Positions 1 to 9,519 of a stretch of 64,000 nt of DNA are shown here, in pieces (the first letter of the stretch is position 1; each line of letters begins with the position of its first letter). The notes beneath the pieces are model-generated. The model worked only from the letters and a program-made list of their open reading frames with translations. It did no database searches and was not told the DNA's origin. This stretch comes from Arenicellales bacterium (lineage in GTDB: Bacteria > Pseudomonadota > Gammaproteobacteria > Arenicellales > Poriferihabitantaceae). The DNA is taken from NCBI GenBank assembly GCA_963422685.1, contig OY730442.1, positions 2,695,847-2,759,846 of the forward strand. Direction: 5' to 3'. The position numbers and the translations under genes were made by a program.

Positions 1-294
1 TTTGTATCCAACCGAATTCTGGTGCCAATGATTAACGAGGCGATTTTTGCCCTGCATGAAGGCGTCTCCACCGCCGAGGCCATTGATGACATTCTAAAAT
101 TGGGTATGAACCACCCCATTGGGCCGCTGGCTCTGGCGGATTTGATTGGGCTGGATGTGTGCCTTGCGGTATTGGAAGTATTGCAGGACGGGATGGGTGA
201 CCCGAAATTTCGGCCATGTCCGTTGTTGAAAAAGATGGTGGATGCCAACTATCTCGGCCGCAAAACCGGAAAAGGATTTTATCAATATACCTGA
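1..294 (+). CDS. 3-hydroxyacyl-CoA / 3-hydroxybutyryl-CoA dehydrogenase, C-terminal part (5' end lies outside the window)
   Basis: The frame is open from nt 1 ([14 protein letters not shown]...). The tail ...[27 protein letters not shown]...[11 protein letters not shown] is the conserved 3HCDH C-terminal domain. Confidence 0.85.
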   Translation, partial: FVSNRILVPMINEAIFALHEGVSTAEAIDDILKLGMNHPIGPLALADLIGLDVCLAVLEVLQDGMGDPKFRPCPLLKKMVDANYLGRKTGKGFYQYT

Positions 295-313
295 ATACTG
301 TACGTAATCGCTA

Positions 314-1924
314 ATGCTGAAAGGTGGTTCGCTGGAAGAAATCCGCAATGGATTCAAATGGAATATTCCAGAGTTTTATAATATCGGTGTGGATGTCTGC
401 GACCGACTGGCGGCCACCTGTCCCGACCGGGTGGCGATCATTCATGACCATGGCGATTATCAGCAAACGTTCACTTACCAGCAGTTAAAGACCCGTTCCA
501 ATCAACTGACCAATCTACTCGCGGACTTGGGTATGAATCCGGGCGATCGGGTCGGGGTTTTACTCCCGCAAAACCCGTTTACAGCAATTTCCCACATCGC
601 CGTATACAAAATCGGCGGCATCGCGGTGCCATTGTTTACCTTGTTCGGCCGGGATGCGCTGCAATACCGTTTGCACGATTCTGCGGCCAGGATTGTGATT
701 ACCAATGCACAGGGCGCTGAAAAATTATCGGGCATTATTCACCAGTTACCGGCTCTGGCCCATATTCTATGTATCCAAAGTGATCAGTCGGGAACTATTG
801 ATCTGACCAGAGTAATGGACAACTACAGTGATGTTTGTCAGCCGTTAATGACCCGGGCGGATGATCCAGCGTTGATTATCTATACCTCAGGCACAACCGG
901 GAATCCCAAGGGTGCGCTGCATGCACATCGTACCCTGCCCGGGCATCTTCCCGGCGTGGAGATTAGCCATGATTTATTTCCCCGGCATGGCGACAAGATC
1001 TGGACGCCGGCGGACTGGGCCTGGATCGGCGGCCTGATGGACGTGTTAATGCCGGCACTGCATCATGGCATCCCCGTGGTATCCCGCCGTTTCGCTAAAT
1101 TCACCGGAGAGGCGGCCTTCGATTTGATAAATCGACATGGCATCCGCAATGCTTTTTTGCCGCCCACCGCGCTGAAGATGATGCGGGCCGTGAGTAAGGA
1201 AAAAAGCCGCATGGATAATCCCATGCGAACCATCGCCAGCGGCGGCGAAACGCTTGGTGCGGAGTTGCTGGTGTGGGGGCGAGAAACCTTCGGGCTGACA
1301 ATCAATGAATTCTATGGGCAAACCGAATGCAATATGATCGTGTCCTGCTGCGGGCGGCTGGTTCAACCCACTCCCGGCGTAATGGGGTTTGCTGTGCCAG
1401 GGCACGATGTTCAGATCATATCCGACGCCGGGGAAATTGTTCGAACCGGAGAAACCGGCAATATCGCGGTGCGGGCCCCGGACCCGGTGATGTTCCTGGG
1501 ATACTGGAATAATCCGCATAAAACCAACGAAAAATTTTCAGGTGACTGGATGCTGACCGGAGATAAAGGGGTCATGCAGGAAAATGGCGCGATAAAGTTT
1601 GTGGCGCGGGATGATGATGTGATTACTTCATCGGGATACCGCATCGGGCCGGGCGAAATCGAAGATTGCCTGCTCGGTCATGCGGCAGTGGAGATGGCCG
1701 CTGTGGTCGGCAAGCCGGATGCCATGCGCACGGAAATCGTAAAAGCGTTTATAAAATTGAGCCGGGGCTACGCGCCTTCCGAACAATTAATCGCGCAGAT
1801 TCAGCAACATATAAAGACCCGATTGTCTGCCCACGAATATCCCCGTGAAATTGAATTTGTTGATTCATTGCCGCAAACCACTACCGGAAAAATTATGCGT
1901 CGTTTGCTCAGAAATCGCGCTTGA
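314..1924 (+). CDS. AMP-forming acyl-CoA synthetase / ligase
   Basis: 536-aa ORF with the AMP-binding motif IIYTSGTTGNPKG, later YGQTE and GDxG...GR..D, and a C-terminal TTTGKIMRR. Substrate not assignable. Confidence 0.85.
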   Translation: MLKGGSLEEIRNGFKWNIPEFYNIGVDVCDRLAATCPDRVAIIHDHGDYQQTFTYQQLKTRSNQLTNLLADLGMNPGDRVGVLLPQNPFTAISHIAVYKIGGIAVPLFTLFGRDALQYRLHDSAARIVITNAQGAEKLSGIIHQLPALAHILCIQSDQSGTIDLTRVMDNYSDVCQPLMTRADDPALIIYTSGTTGNPKGALHAHRTLPGHLPGVEISHDLFPRHGDKIWTPADWAWIGGLMDVLMPALHHGIPVVSRRFAKFTGEAAFDLINRHGIRNAFLPPTALKMMRAVSKEKSRMDNPMRTIASGGETLGAELLVWGRETFGLTINEFYGQTECNMIVSCCGRLVQPTPGVMGFAVPGHDVQIISDAGEIVRTGETGNIAVRAPDPVMFLGYWNNPHKTNEKFSGDWMLTGDKGVMQENGAIKFVARDDDVITSSGYRIGPGEIEDCLLGHAAVEMAAVVGKPDAMRTEIVKAFIKLSRGYAPSEQLIAQIQQHIKTRLSAHEYPREIEFVDSLPQTTTGKIMRRLLRNRA

Positions 1925-2145
1925 TTATCTGCATTGCCCGTTCGCTTCCGGCCATTCTTTGCGTTGTAAATCTGCGCCCTGTTTCGGGGTTTGTAAATAT
2001 TGTTTGAGTTGACCCGGTCAAGTCGGTTTTTGTCTGGCAAGGCGAAGGGAGCGCGGTGTGGTCATTCCGTATAAGCGGGTGACATGGTTCTAATGTATTA
2101 GAGCAGTCTAGTTAAGAGATAATACTCAAACCTGGAGCAATTGAA

Positions 2146-2990
2146 ATGATTACAACAAAGAAGTACCTGAAAGAGAATTTAAGCTGGATGCCATTAGCTT
2201 GGTGCTGTACCAAAAGTACACCCGAGCCGAGGCGGCACGCAGTCTTCAAATCAACCCTGATTTGATTACCCGCTGGATACAAGAACACCAAGCCGACGAC
2301 TTAGGCCAAGCCTTTCGGGGTCAGGGTAAGCTGACCCCGCAGCAGAAGGAAGAGAATAAGCGCTTGAAACTGGAGAAAGAAGTGCTAAAAAAAGCGATGG
2401 TCTTCTTTGCCAGAGAAACGACGTGAAATACGCGTTTATCACCCAGCACAAGAAGACCTGACCACTTAGAGCTGATTGAAGCCGTCAAAGGCATTGCCAA
2501 AGCTTCCGATAATACTTAGGCCTTGAATGCGATGAGTTCCCCCGTTAGCCGCAATAAGGCCAGGAAATTGATGCAAGAAGCGGGCGTACAAGTCAAAAGC
2601 CGCAAGCAGTTCAAAGTCACGGCAAACAGTAACCATACCCAGCCTTTGTTTGACAATATATTGAACCGTGATTTTGCCCCTAAGGGCCTAAATCAGGCCG
2701 ATGTTCAGGATATGACTTACCTCTGGACACAACAAGGCTGGCTTTACCTGGCCACAGTGATTGACCTCTACCCAAGGCGTGTTGTTGGTTGGAGTATGAG
2801 TGCTGGAATGACGGCGCAGTTGGTTTGTGACGCATTAAAGATGGCAATCTGGCAGCGTCGTCCTGATGCGGGGCTCATCGTCCATTCTGACCGGGGTTCT
2901 CAATACGCGAACAAGGCTTACCACTTCGTTGGCAGCATGAATAGACCTGTAAGGATTGGTTTTCAAAGGGCTATTATCTCATAAGTTAAT
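2146..2990 (+). mobile_element. IS3-family insertion sequence remnant (orfA/orfB disrupted and 3'-truncated)
   Basis: orfA-like HTH (YTRAEAARSLQINPDLITRWIQEH...KRLKLEKEVLKKA) ends at an A7G slippery run (2387..2394). The orfB frame has stops, then an rve-core fragment (YLATVIDLYPRRVVGWSMS...HSDRGSQYANKAY) that stops short of the full domain. The 5' end is also frameshifted. Confidence 0.8.
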
Positions 2991-3074
2991 GGTTGGATTG
3001 AAGGGGAGTGTAAATGGCGGCTTATCCCAGTGAGGCCTACCGAACAAAATCATAAACTGACCCATAACTTGTTT

Positions 3075-3299
3075 CTAATCACCAATCGGCGGGGCCCATT
3101 TCTTCGCCATCTCATGCAGAGCCCGTTACAGTACCTTCATCACCGATTCGTCGTTGGGGAATGGCCGTCGGGTGTTGGTGAGTTTACGCAACGATGTATT
3201 CAACGATTCAATAGCATTCGGGGTGTCAATCACCTTGCGGACCGGCGGCGAGTAATCAAAGAACACGCTCAGTCGTTCCCGGTTATAAAGCTCAATATG
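3075..3299 (-). pseudogene. IS256-family (mutator-type) transposase, C-terminal fragment with an in-frame stop
   Basis: My reverse-strand translation reads HIELYNRERLSVFFDYSPPVRKVIDTPNAIESLNTSLRKLTNTRRPFPNDESVMKVL*RALHEMAKKWAPPIGD*. This matches the NAIESLN...R..FPN...K.LYLAL...KKW signature. In-frame stop at 3126..3128. Confidence 0.75.
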
Positions 3300-3871
3300 C
3301 TTTTGTTACGAGCATCAAGCCTGATGCCCAGGCCATGCGTACGGATACTAAATTGGGCTGGCTCTCAATTTCTTGCGTAAGAGCCAGGACTCCTGGTGCA
3401 TGACCCTCTGGCCAATTATCCTGGGGAAGTAAATCGTCGATGACGTAGATACCGCCGATTGGGAGCATATCAAGTACAAGCTCTAAATATGAAAACTTGC
3501 CTGGCCAGGCGTCCGCAAAAATGAAATCGTAGTACTGGCCTTCGTTCTTCTCAAGCCATGTGCCTCCATCTGCGCACACAAATTTAACCCGTGGGTCGTG
3601 ACCAAGATTTTAGTGCGATGCCTTGTGCTTCCGGATCGTTATCTACTGAGGTAAGCGTGGAGTTTCTATCCATCCCGCTGAGTATCCATGCGGCAGATAA
3701 GCCGATACCCGTACCAAGTTCCAGAAATTCCCCATTTGGTTTGGATGTGGATAGTGTTCTAAGTAATGATCCGGTCCTGGGATCAGATGCCATATCAAAG
3801 CCCATTGCCCGAGTATCGTTGATAATCGAATCAAGTGCTTCTGGATATTCGTAAATATAATGATCTTCCAT
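3292..3871 (-). pseudogene. Class I SAM-dependent O-methyltransferase split by a +1 frameshift in a homopolymer
   Basis: The two ORFs 3584..3871 (LELGTGIGLSAAW, SAM-binding motif I) and 3292..3579 (YDFIFADAWPGKF...GGIYVIDDLL) are halves of one gene. Removing one base from the T4 run at 3608..3611 gives a continuous ...GIALNLGHDPRVKFVCADGG... Confidence 0.75.
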
Positions 3872-3957
3872 GGTTCTCCTTGAGCTTTAACGCCCCGCAT
3901 TAGCGGCAAAGGGCGCGCGTAGCGGGCACTTTGTCCGACTGCATGCGCTTGTTATAT

Positions 3958-4116
3958 TTACCGCAACTCAATTTCAACAAAATGGAATTCGAAGTTATTT
4001 GCGTTAACCACATTATGCTCTATACCTTCTGGCCTGTAATACGAATGCCCAGCTTGCAGTTCAGCAATGCTATTACCTTTTGTGGTTTCAAGAAGCAAAT
4101 TGCCATTTATGGAGGA
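3958..4116 (-). pseudogene. Cupin-fold protein fragment (C-terminal half only)
   Basis: The reverse-strand frame reads ISSINGNLLLETTKGNSIAELQAGHSYYRPEGIEHNVVNANNFEFHFVEIELR*, which is cupin motif-2-like (G..........P.G..H...N). The upstream part is in other frames with stops, and there is no start codon. Confidence 0.35.
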
Positions 4117-4217
4117 AATTTACTATGGCATTTTAAGCATCACTGTCGCACTTCAAACTTGATACCAGGTGGCATATTCCTTTTTCCAGTGTGGCTGATT
4201 TTGGCCAATTCGTAAGT

Positions 4218-5078
4218 TCAGGATCGCGACCAAACCCGCGGGTATAGATCTGTTCCCGGGCGGTCACCCGGCTTGAGTCCGCGTTTTGTCATGATGGCGC
4301 TGTGATCCGGGTCCATCCCGCAGTTCCGGAACTTGATGCGTACGTCATCGCCCAGCCACTTGGTGGTAAAAACTCGCAAGTCGATGTCTTTATGCAGTCT
4401 GCCCGACCCGCCATGTATGATTCGGCTGTTGAAAACCACGCAGTCACCCGGTTGCATATCCCAGCTCACGACTCCAAAGCTTTCAGGATTGGCATCAATG
4501 TCAGGGAGTGCGGTTTCAGCCATGCCCGAGAAATCTACCTGATCAACCGCTGATTTGCCATCCGGATTCAGATCACCGAAGTTGTACTGGTAAAACACGG
4601 AGTCGAGTCGGTGAGAGCCCGGCACGTAGGCCAATGCGTTTTCTCGTTTGACCGGAACCAGCGGCATCCAAAACGTGCAAGTGTCATACCCCTCCACAGA
4701 CCAATAGGGCTCGTCCTGGTGCCAGGGCGTAGCAAACTGGCTACCCGGAGAGCGTACAAATACTGCATCGAAGTAGAAGTTGATATGTATCGACTTCATC
4801 AACTGGCCCGCAATTTGCGCGGCGGGCGAATCAAAAATAAATTGCCGGTACTCGTCAATACCCTGCCACGCCTGGCTATCCCAAAACATGGTACGTCCCT
4901 CGGTATCCCGATCCCACACACGAGAGCGGTCTGTTGGATTCTCGCAATTGGCGATCAACCCCTTATCCAGCAGATCAATCCATTTCAAGTCAAACAACTC
5001 CAGAAGCAGAACAACACCGTCTCGTTGATAGGTTGTAATCTCTTCTGATGTAATTGGACGGAGTGCATCACTGCTCAT
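4218..5078 (-). CDS. Phytanoyl-CoA dioxygenase (PhyH) family Fe(II)/2-oxoglutarate oxygenase
   Basis: 286-aa intact ORF with ATPWHQDEPYW (HxD iron ligands) and a distal IIHGGSG histidine, typical of the PhyH family. Confidence 0.75.
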   Translation of the reverse strand: MSSDALRPITSEEITTYQRDGVVLLLELFDLKWIDLLDKGLIANCENPTDRSRVWDRDTEGRTMFWDSQAWQGIDEYRQFIFDSPAAQIAGQLMKSIHINFYFDAVFVRSPGSQFATPWHQDEPYWSVEGYDTCTFWMPLVPVKRENALAYVPGSHRLDSVFYQYNFGDLNPDGKSAVDQVDFSGMAETALPDIDANPESFGVVSWDMQPGDCVVFNSRIIHGGSGRLHKDIDLRVFTTKWLGDDVRIKFRNCGMDPDHSAIMTKRGLKPGDRPGTDLYPRVWSRS

Positions 5079-5105
5079 AATAGTTTTATCTTAAAGATGA
5101 AATTT

Positions 5106-5411
5106 TTAAATACAAGATACCATCTCTCTACAATTGTCCACAAGGGGTATTATCCCATCTGCGGGCAATACGGTTGCTGGTGTTTCAAAACACCAATAAA
5201 TATGAATTGAGTTGCGTATCGCCGCTCCTAAAGCACTCATCTTGCTTTTTCCGCGCCGCGTCAAGCGCTGATACTGGGCTGCAATATCCGGGTTATACCG
5301 GGTGGCGACCAGCGCGGCCATGAACAGTTTCGCTCGTATGTGACTATTCCCGGCCTTCGAGATTCTCGCCCGACCGCTGACACTACTCCCCGACTCCATC
5401 TGTATCGGCAC
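5106..5411 (-). pseudogene. IS110-family transposase, C-terminal fragment
   Basis: ESGSSVSGRARISKAGNSHIRAKLFMAALVATRYNPDIAAQYQRLTRRGKSKMSALGAAIR matches the Transposase_20 (IS116/IS110/IS902) C-terminal domain. The N-terminal DEDD domain is absent. Confidence 0.75.
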
Positions 5412-5598
5412 CAGGCCTAAATACGCGGCACATTGCGAGACGTTTGTGAACCGACGAGCGACTTAATACACCGAGGGGACTTCTGAAAAGCGTCAAAAAC
5501 AATTGATATTGATAATTGCTGATTGATATTCGAGATTATCCTGTCTGCATTCGAGTTACTTTACGTTTCCAGTGCCCATTTCCATCCGTATTTCCCTA

Positions 5599-5730
5599 TT
5601 ACAGACGCACGCATTGTAGCGCCTGTAACTCTCTCCGGCACCAATACAGATTCGCCAGCGCAAATAGTGTAAAGAGCTGTGACGCATTTTTCTCGATTCC
5701 TCGGTAACGGGCTTTGGTATATCCCGAAAG
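5599..5730 (-). pseudogene. IS5-family transposase, extreme C-terminal fragment
   Basis: My reverse-strand translation reads SGYTKARYRGIEKNASQLFTLFALANLYWCRRELQALQCVRL*, the GY.K.RYRG..KN...LF.L.AL.NL tail of IS5-group transposases. The upstream part is degraded. Confidence 0.65.
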
Positions 5731-5879
5731 GCAGGCTCCCCCTTCGCCCAGGTGCGATTGCTTTTACCGTTGAATAAGTGAGCCGCTGGGCTGAGCTGCC
5801 TGCCGCGCCTCGCTTTACGATTGACCCGCCATGCTTAACTCTTTAACAGGCCTTTTGCTGATATTCCCTGACTGAATGA

Positions 5880-6160
5880 CTTCATCCGTTGGCGTCAATG
5901 CAGGTTCAGCCGCCAATTTCGTTCCAGCGGGTGCGCGAAATAACCCTGCTCAACCAGTTTTCGACAAACCGCACCGACTCAGTCCGGCAGGCCGCCCAGG
6001 CTGTGTTCGGCGGTCAGTTTCTTCGCGTTGTATCATAGCGGTAGCCGTAATGTTGAACCCGCCGTTTCAAGTCGTGAATCCAGCTTTCGGCATCCGCGTT
6101 TCCCAGTAAAGCCGTTTCTTCCGCTGGGTGAATAAAATCCGGGACATACCGCCCGCTGCC
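5880..6160 (-). pseudogene. AlkB-like 2OG-Fe(II) oxygenase, N-terminal fragment with in-frame stops
   Basis: RYVPDFIHPAEETALLGNADAESWIHDLKRRVQHYGYRYDTTRRN*LTAEHSLGGLPD*VGAVCRKLVEQGYFAHP follows the AlkB-family N-terminal pattern (...DLKRRVQHYGYRYDY...LP.W......L...G.F). It carries two stops and is truncated by the IS5 remnant. Confidence 0.6.
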
Positions 6161-6292
6161 CGCGAACGTCAGCCACCGCTCCTTGTGATGCAGACCCGAT
6201 AGCGGTGTGCTTGTCACCGTGTTGCAGGTTCTGCCGCATTCCTTGCATTGATACTGCCTGCCTGTTTGGGTGAATCGGCAATCTCTTTCCAA
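6161..6292 (-). pseudogene. IS1595-family transposase, N-terminal zinc-ribbon fragment
   Basis: CRFTQTGRQYQCKECGRTCNTVTSTPLSGLHHKERWLTFA resembles the IS1595/ISXO2 N-terminal Zn-ribbon region. It is fused in frame to the AlkB-like fragment inside ORF 6014..6292. Confidence 0.55.
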
Positions 6293-6359
6293 ATATCGAG
6301 CGCGTTTATGCTATTACCGCTTAGGCTATTACCTAGGGGATACGGTTACTGGCGGCCAG

Positions 6360-7208
6360 TTACGGTTTCTCGCCGCGCCGCAGGCGGGCTTCTATGTCAT
6401 CCAGGCACGGTATCAAATCGGCGATGCTGTCGATGACGTAGTGCGCGCCGCGTTGATACATGGTGGGGTAGATGCGATCACGGTGTTTTTGTTTGGCCGC
6501 TTCGGAATAGACATTCCACTGGTCCAGTTGGACCCCCACTTCATTACCGGAAATCGCCAGGCCGATCGCCCAGCACCCGGCATTCAGGCCTTCTTCAATC
6601 CCGGTCAGGGTGTCGTCGATTTTAACTACTGATTGCACGGGTGAAATATCCAGTTCCAGTAGGTTGCGCAATACCATATGCGGAAATGGGCGGCCGCGTT
6701 TTACATCGCCAGCGCCGAATGTGGCGTCGGGAATATAGCCCTGTCTGGCCGCATCCGCCTGGTTGATAGCGAGCATTCCTGGCAGATAGCCCGAAGTGGA
6801 GCCGATTTTATATCCACGTTTGCGGCATTCGACAATTACGTCCAGGGTGCCCGGGATCAATTGGGAATATTCCGACAGACAGGCCTCCTGCATGGGCACG
6901 AAGTCTGCAAACATTCGGTCCACGTCGGCATCGGTGGGCTCGACACCGTGTTTTTTCAGCCAGCGCCGACGCACGCCGGGAATTTCGCAAATCAAACCAA
7001 TATGAACTTTCTTGTGCGCACCCATGGGGATGCGCGCTTCCTCCAGACTGATGGGTACGCCCGCCTTCTCAAATACCTGGCAAAAAACCACCGCGGGCGC
7101 CATGCAGCCGAAATCCATGGTGGTTCCGGCCCAATCGAGGATAATGCATCGCAGTGGGCCGCGGTAAGCGCGGTTATAGGTAAATTCTCGTTCGTAGGTA
7201 AATTGCAT
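6360..7208 (-). CDS. phnX: Phosphonoacetaldehyde hydrolase (phosphonatase), HAD superfamily
   Basis: 282 aa. The N-terminus LRCIILDWAGTTMDFGCMAPAVVFCQVFEKAGVPISLEEARIPMG is the characteristic PhnX DxAGT nucleophile region with the cap lysine region. Length is typical. Confidence 0.85.
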   Translation of the reverse strand: MQFTYEREFTYNRAYRGPLRCIILDWAGTTMDFGCMAPAVVFCQVFEKAGVPISLEEARIPMGAHKKVHIGLICEIPGVRRRWLKKHGVEPTDADVDRMFADFVPMQEACLSEYSQLIPGTLDVIVECRKRGYKIGSTSGYLPGMLAINQADAARQGYIPDATFGAGDVKRGRPFPHMVLRNLLELDISPVQSVVKIDDTLTGIEEGLNAGCWAIGLAISGNEVGVQLDQWNVYSEAAKQKHRDRIYPTMYQRGAHYVIDSIADLIPCLDDIEARLRRGEKP

Positions 7209-7404
7209 TGTTGGGACGCTGCTGGTTAGGTGATAAAAGTGATCAGGCCATATAGCTTGTCACTGCAAATGACTGGCCCGGACCGGTGTAGGCGCACAGG
7301 TTATTGATAATATCATGCGCTAACAAATTGTTATTATTTATAGTTCGTATTGTCATGGTCAATAAAATGTCGTTTCTGTAAATTGTGCCCGAATAACCTC
7401 TTGT

Positions 7405-8412
7405 CTATTCAGACCAGCCAGAATAGTCATCCAGCTCGCTTTGCAGTTGCCGTTTGCGTTCGGGCCCAATAAATGCGGCATTGATCGCATTGTGTGAAAG
7501 TTGTATCAGGTCGGCTTTGCGCAAATTCAGGGAATCACTGACTGCGGCAAAATTTTCGTTCATGTAGCCGCCAAAATAAGCCGGGTCATCGGAATTAACC
7601 GTGACCATTAAGCCTTTGTCCAGCATCGTTTTCAAGGGATGTTTGCGCATATTTTCCACCACGCACAATCGCGTATTCGACAACGGGCACAGGGTCAAAG
7701 GCATTTTTTCCCGCACCAGTCTGTCCACCAGGGCCGGGTTCTGTAAACAGCTATTGCCATGATCAATGCGATTAACCTGCAACAAATCGAGTGCGCCGAT
7801 AATGTATTCGGGCGGCCCTTCCTCGCCCGCATGGGCGACACGGACATAGCCCTGGTTTCGCGCTTCGCGAAATACCTGTGCAAATTTTTCCGGCGGGTTG
7901 CCAAGCTCGCTGGAATCCAGCCCGATGCCGATAATTTTTTCCTTGTACGGTCGCGCCATTTCCAGCGTATCGAAGGCATCCTCCTGGTGCAGATGACGCA
8001 GCATACACATAATCACATTTGAACTCATTCCAAACGCCTGCTGTGCGGCTTGCAGCGCATTGCAGATGCCTTCAATGGCAGTTGCAAATGCGATGCCACG
8101 GCTGGTATGCCCCTGGGGATCGAAAAAGATTTCGGTGTGCCGAACATTTTGCCCATGAATGCGGCATAGATAGGCCCAAGTTAAATCGTAAAAATCCTGC
8201 TCGGTTTGCAGGACATTCATACCCTGATAATAAATATCAAGAAAATCCTGTAATTTTTTGAAAGAATAGGCTTTTTTGAGATCTTCAACCTCGCGATAGG
8301 GCAGGGTAATACCGTTGCGCCCGGCCAGTTTGAGCATCAATGCCGGTTCAAGCGTTCCCTCTATATGGCAATGCAGTTCGACTTTCGGCAGGTTTTGTAT
8401 AAAATTTTTCAT
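7405..8412 (-). CDS. Adenosine/adenine deaminase family metallohydrolase
   Basis: MKNFIQNLPKVELHCHIEGTL (HxH zinc motif), ...HAGE..., ...SDDP... The start was moved to the internal ATG at 8412, because the longer ORF start at 8484 adds a non-homologous 24-aa leader. Confidence 0.85.
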   Translation of the reverse strand: MKNFIQNLPKVELHCHIEGTLEPALMLKLAGRNGITLPYREVEDLKKAYSFKKLQDFLDIYYQGMNVLQTEQDFYDLTWAYLCRIHGQNVRHTEIFFDPQGHTSRGIAFATAIEGICNALQAAQQAFGMSSNVIMCMLRHLHQEDAFDTLEMARPYKEKIIGIGLDSSELGNPPEKFAQVFREARNQGYVRVAHAGEEGPPEYIIGALDLLQVNRIDHGNSCLQNPALVDRLVREKMPLTLCPLSNTRLCVVENMRKHPLKTMLDKGLMVTVNSDDPAYFGGYMNENFAAVSDSLNLRKADLIQLSHNAINAAFIGPERKRQLQSELDDYSGWSE

Positions 8413-8489
8413 GATCGGGTGTTCTAGCTTCCACCGCACTTTAGCTGTTTTTCCATCTGTTGGATAAACTGGCAACCGCAGCACGCCCG

Positions 8490-9371
8490 CTAACCAATTC
8501 GTTTTCCTTGTGTTCGTTCAGCATCCGGCTTCCAGTCAGGCGGTCTAAATATAAAACTCAGCGCGTCGCTGATGTTACGGGCCTGCCACACATCCTTGGT
8601 TATCTGCCAAAACTCGTGAATATTGATGATCACCGGATTCGACGTCCGAATCGGTGTGGTGATGCCATAAACAACCTTTCCATCCTCACTTTTATAGGTG
8701 CCAAACAAACGGTCCCATACCATCAGTATGCCGCCATAATTCTTGTCGTGATATTGTTTGTTGGAACCATGATGTACCCGATGAGCCGATGGGGTGTTAA
8801 AAAACCGGTCAGCCCAAGCGAGTTTGCCGATTTTCTCTGTGTGAATCCAGGTTTGATACAGCACCACAATGGATAAAGCGATGATGGTTTGAATGGCGCT
8901 GAATCCAACCAGCACCATCGGTACAAAAAACAGCCATTCTATGGCGCCTTCAATCCAGGCCAGTCGCAAGCCGGTGGTCAGATTAAATTCTGGCGAAGAA
9001 TGATGAACGCTGTGGTAGGCCCAAAGAATACGAACCCGATGTTCGCACCGGTGCATCCAGTAGTACGTCAAATCCGCCGCCAACAAAGCCATAATCCAGC
9101 TCCACCACGTTTCCTGAATTGTAGTAAAGGCAAAGGACTGGGTGATAAACAAGCCGAGCACGAATACCAGTCCATAAAGGGTTCGTTCAAGCAGATGATT
9201 TCCTGTGGCGATGGCGAAGTTAGCGGCTGATTCCTTAATGTCAGTGCGTTTTTTTATATAGAAGTCCCAGGCCGTTTCGCCAAGTATAACCACAAGAAAG
9301 GCCAACCCGATTATCTCCATCACCCGAAAGGAAGCGGAGAATGCGGCAAATTGCTGATCAATATAGTCCAT
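8490..9371 (-). CDS. Fatty acid hydroxylase / sterol desaturase family membrane di-iron oxygenase
   Basis: 293 aa with multiple TM segments and histidine boxes HRCEH, HSVHH and HRVHH. Confidence 0.75.
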   Translation of the reverse strand: MDYIDQQFAAFSASFRVMEIIGLAFLVVILGETAWDFYIKKRTDIKESAANFAIATGNHLLERTLYGLVFVLGLFITQSFAFTTIQETWWSWIMALLAADLTYYWMHRCEHRVRILWAYHSVHHSSPEFNLTTGLRLAWIEGAIEWLFFVPMVLVGFSAIQTIIALSIVVLYQTWIHTEKIGKLAWADRFFNTPSAHRVHHGSNKQYHDKNYGGILMVWDRLFGTYKSEDGKVVYGITTPIRTSNPVIINIHEFWQITKDVWQARNISDALSFIFRPPDWKPDAERTQGKRIG

Positions 9372-9519
9372 ATCGAATTTATCTTACTGTTTTCTGGAAT
9401 GAAATAAAGGCATCAGATGAAACTGGCGATATAAGTCAAATTAATCCAGCCCCATCAGCATCTTACAATCATTTCCGCGTTCCCGGCAGCGCATCGCCGA
9501 GCCGCAGTTTTCTCACCCA

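Noticed and set aside
3030-3380. 116-aa plus-strand ORF
   Set aside because: It is the mirror frame of the IS256 transposase remnant, which is readable on the minus strand. The real signal is on the opposite strand.
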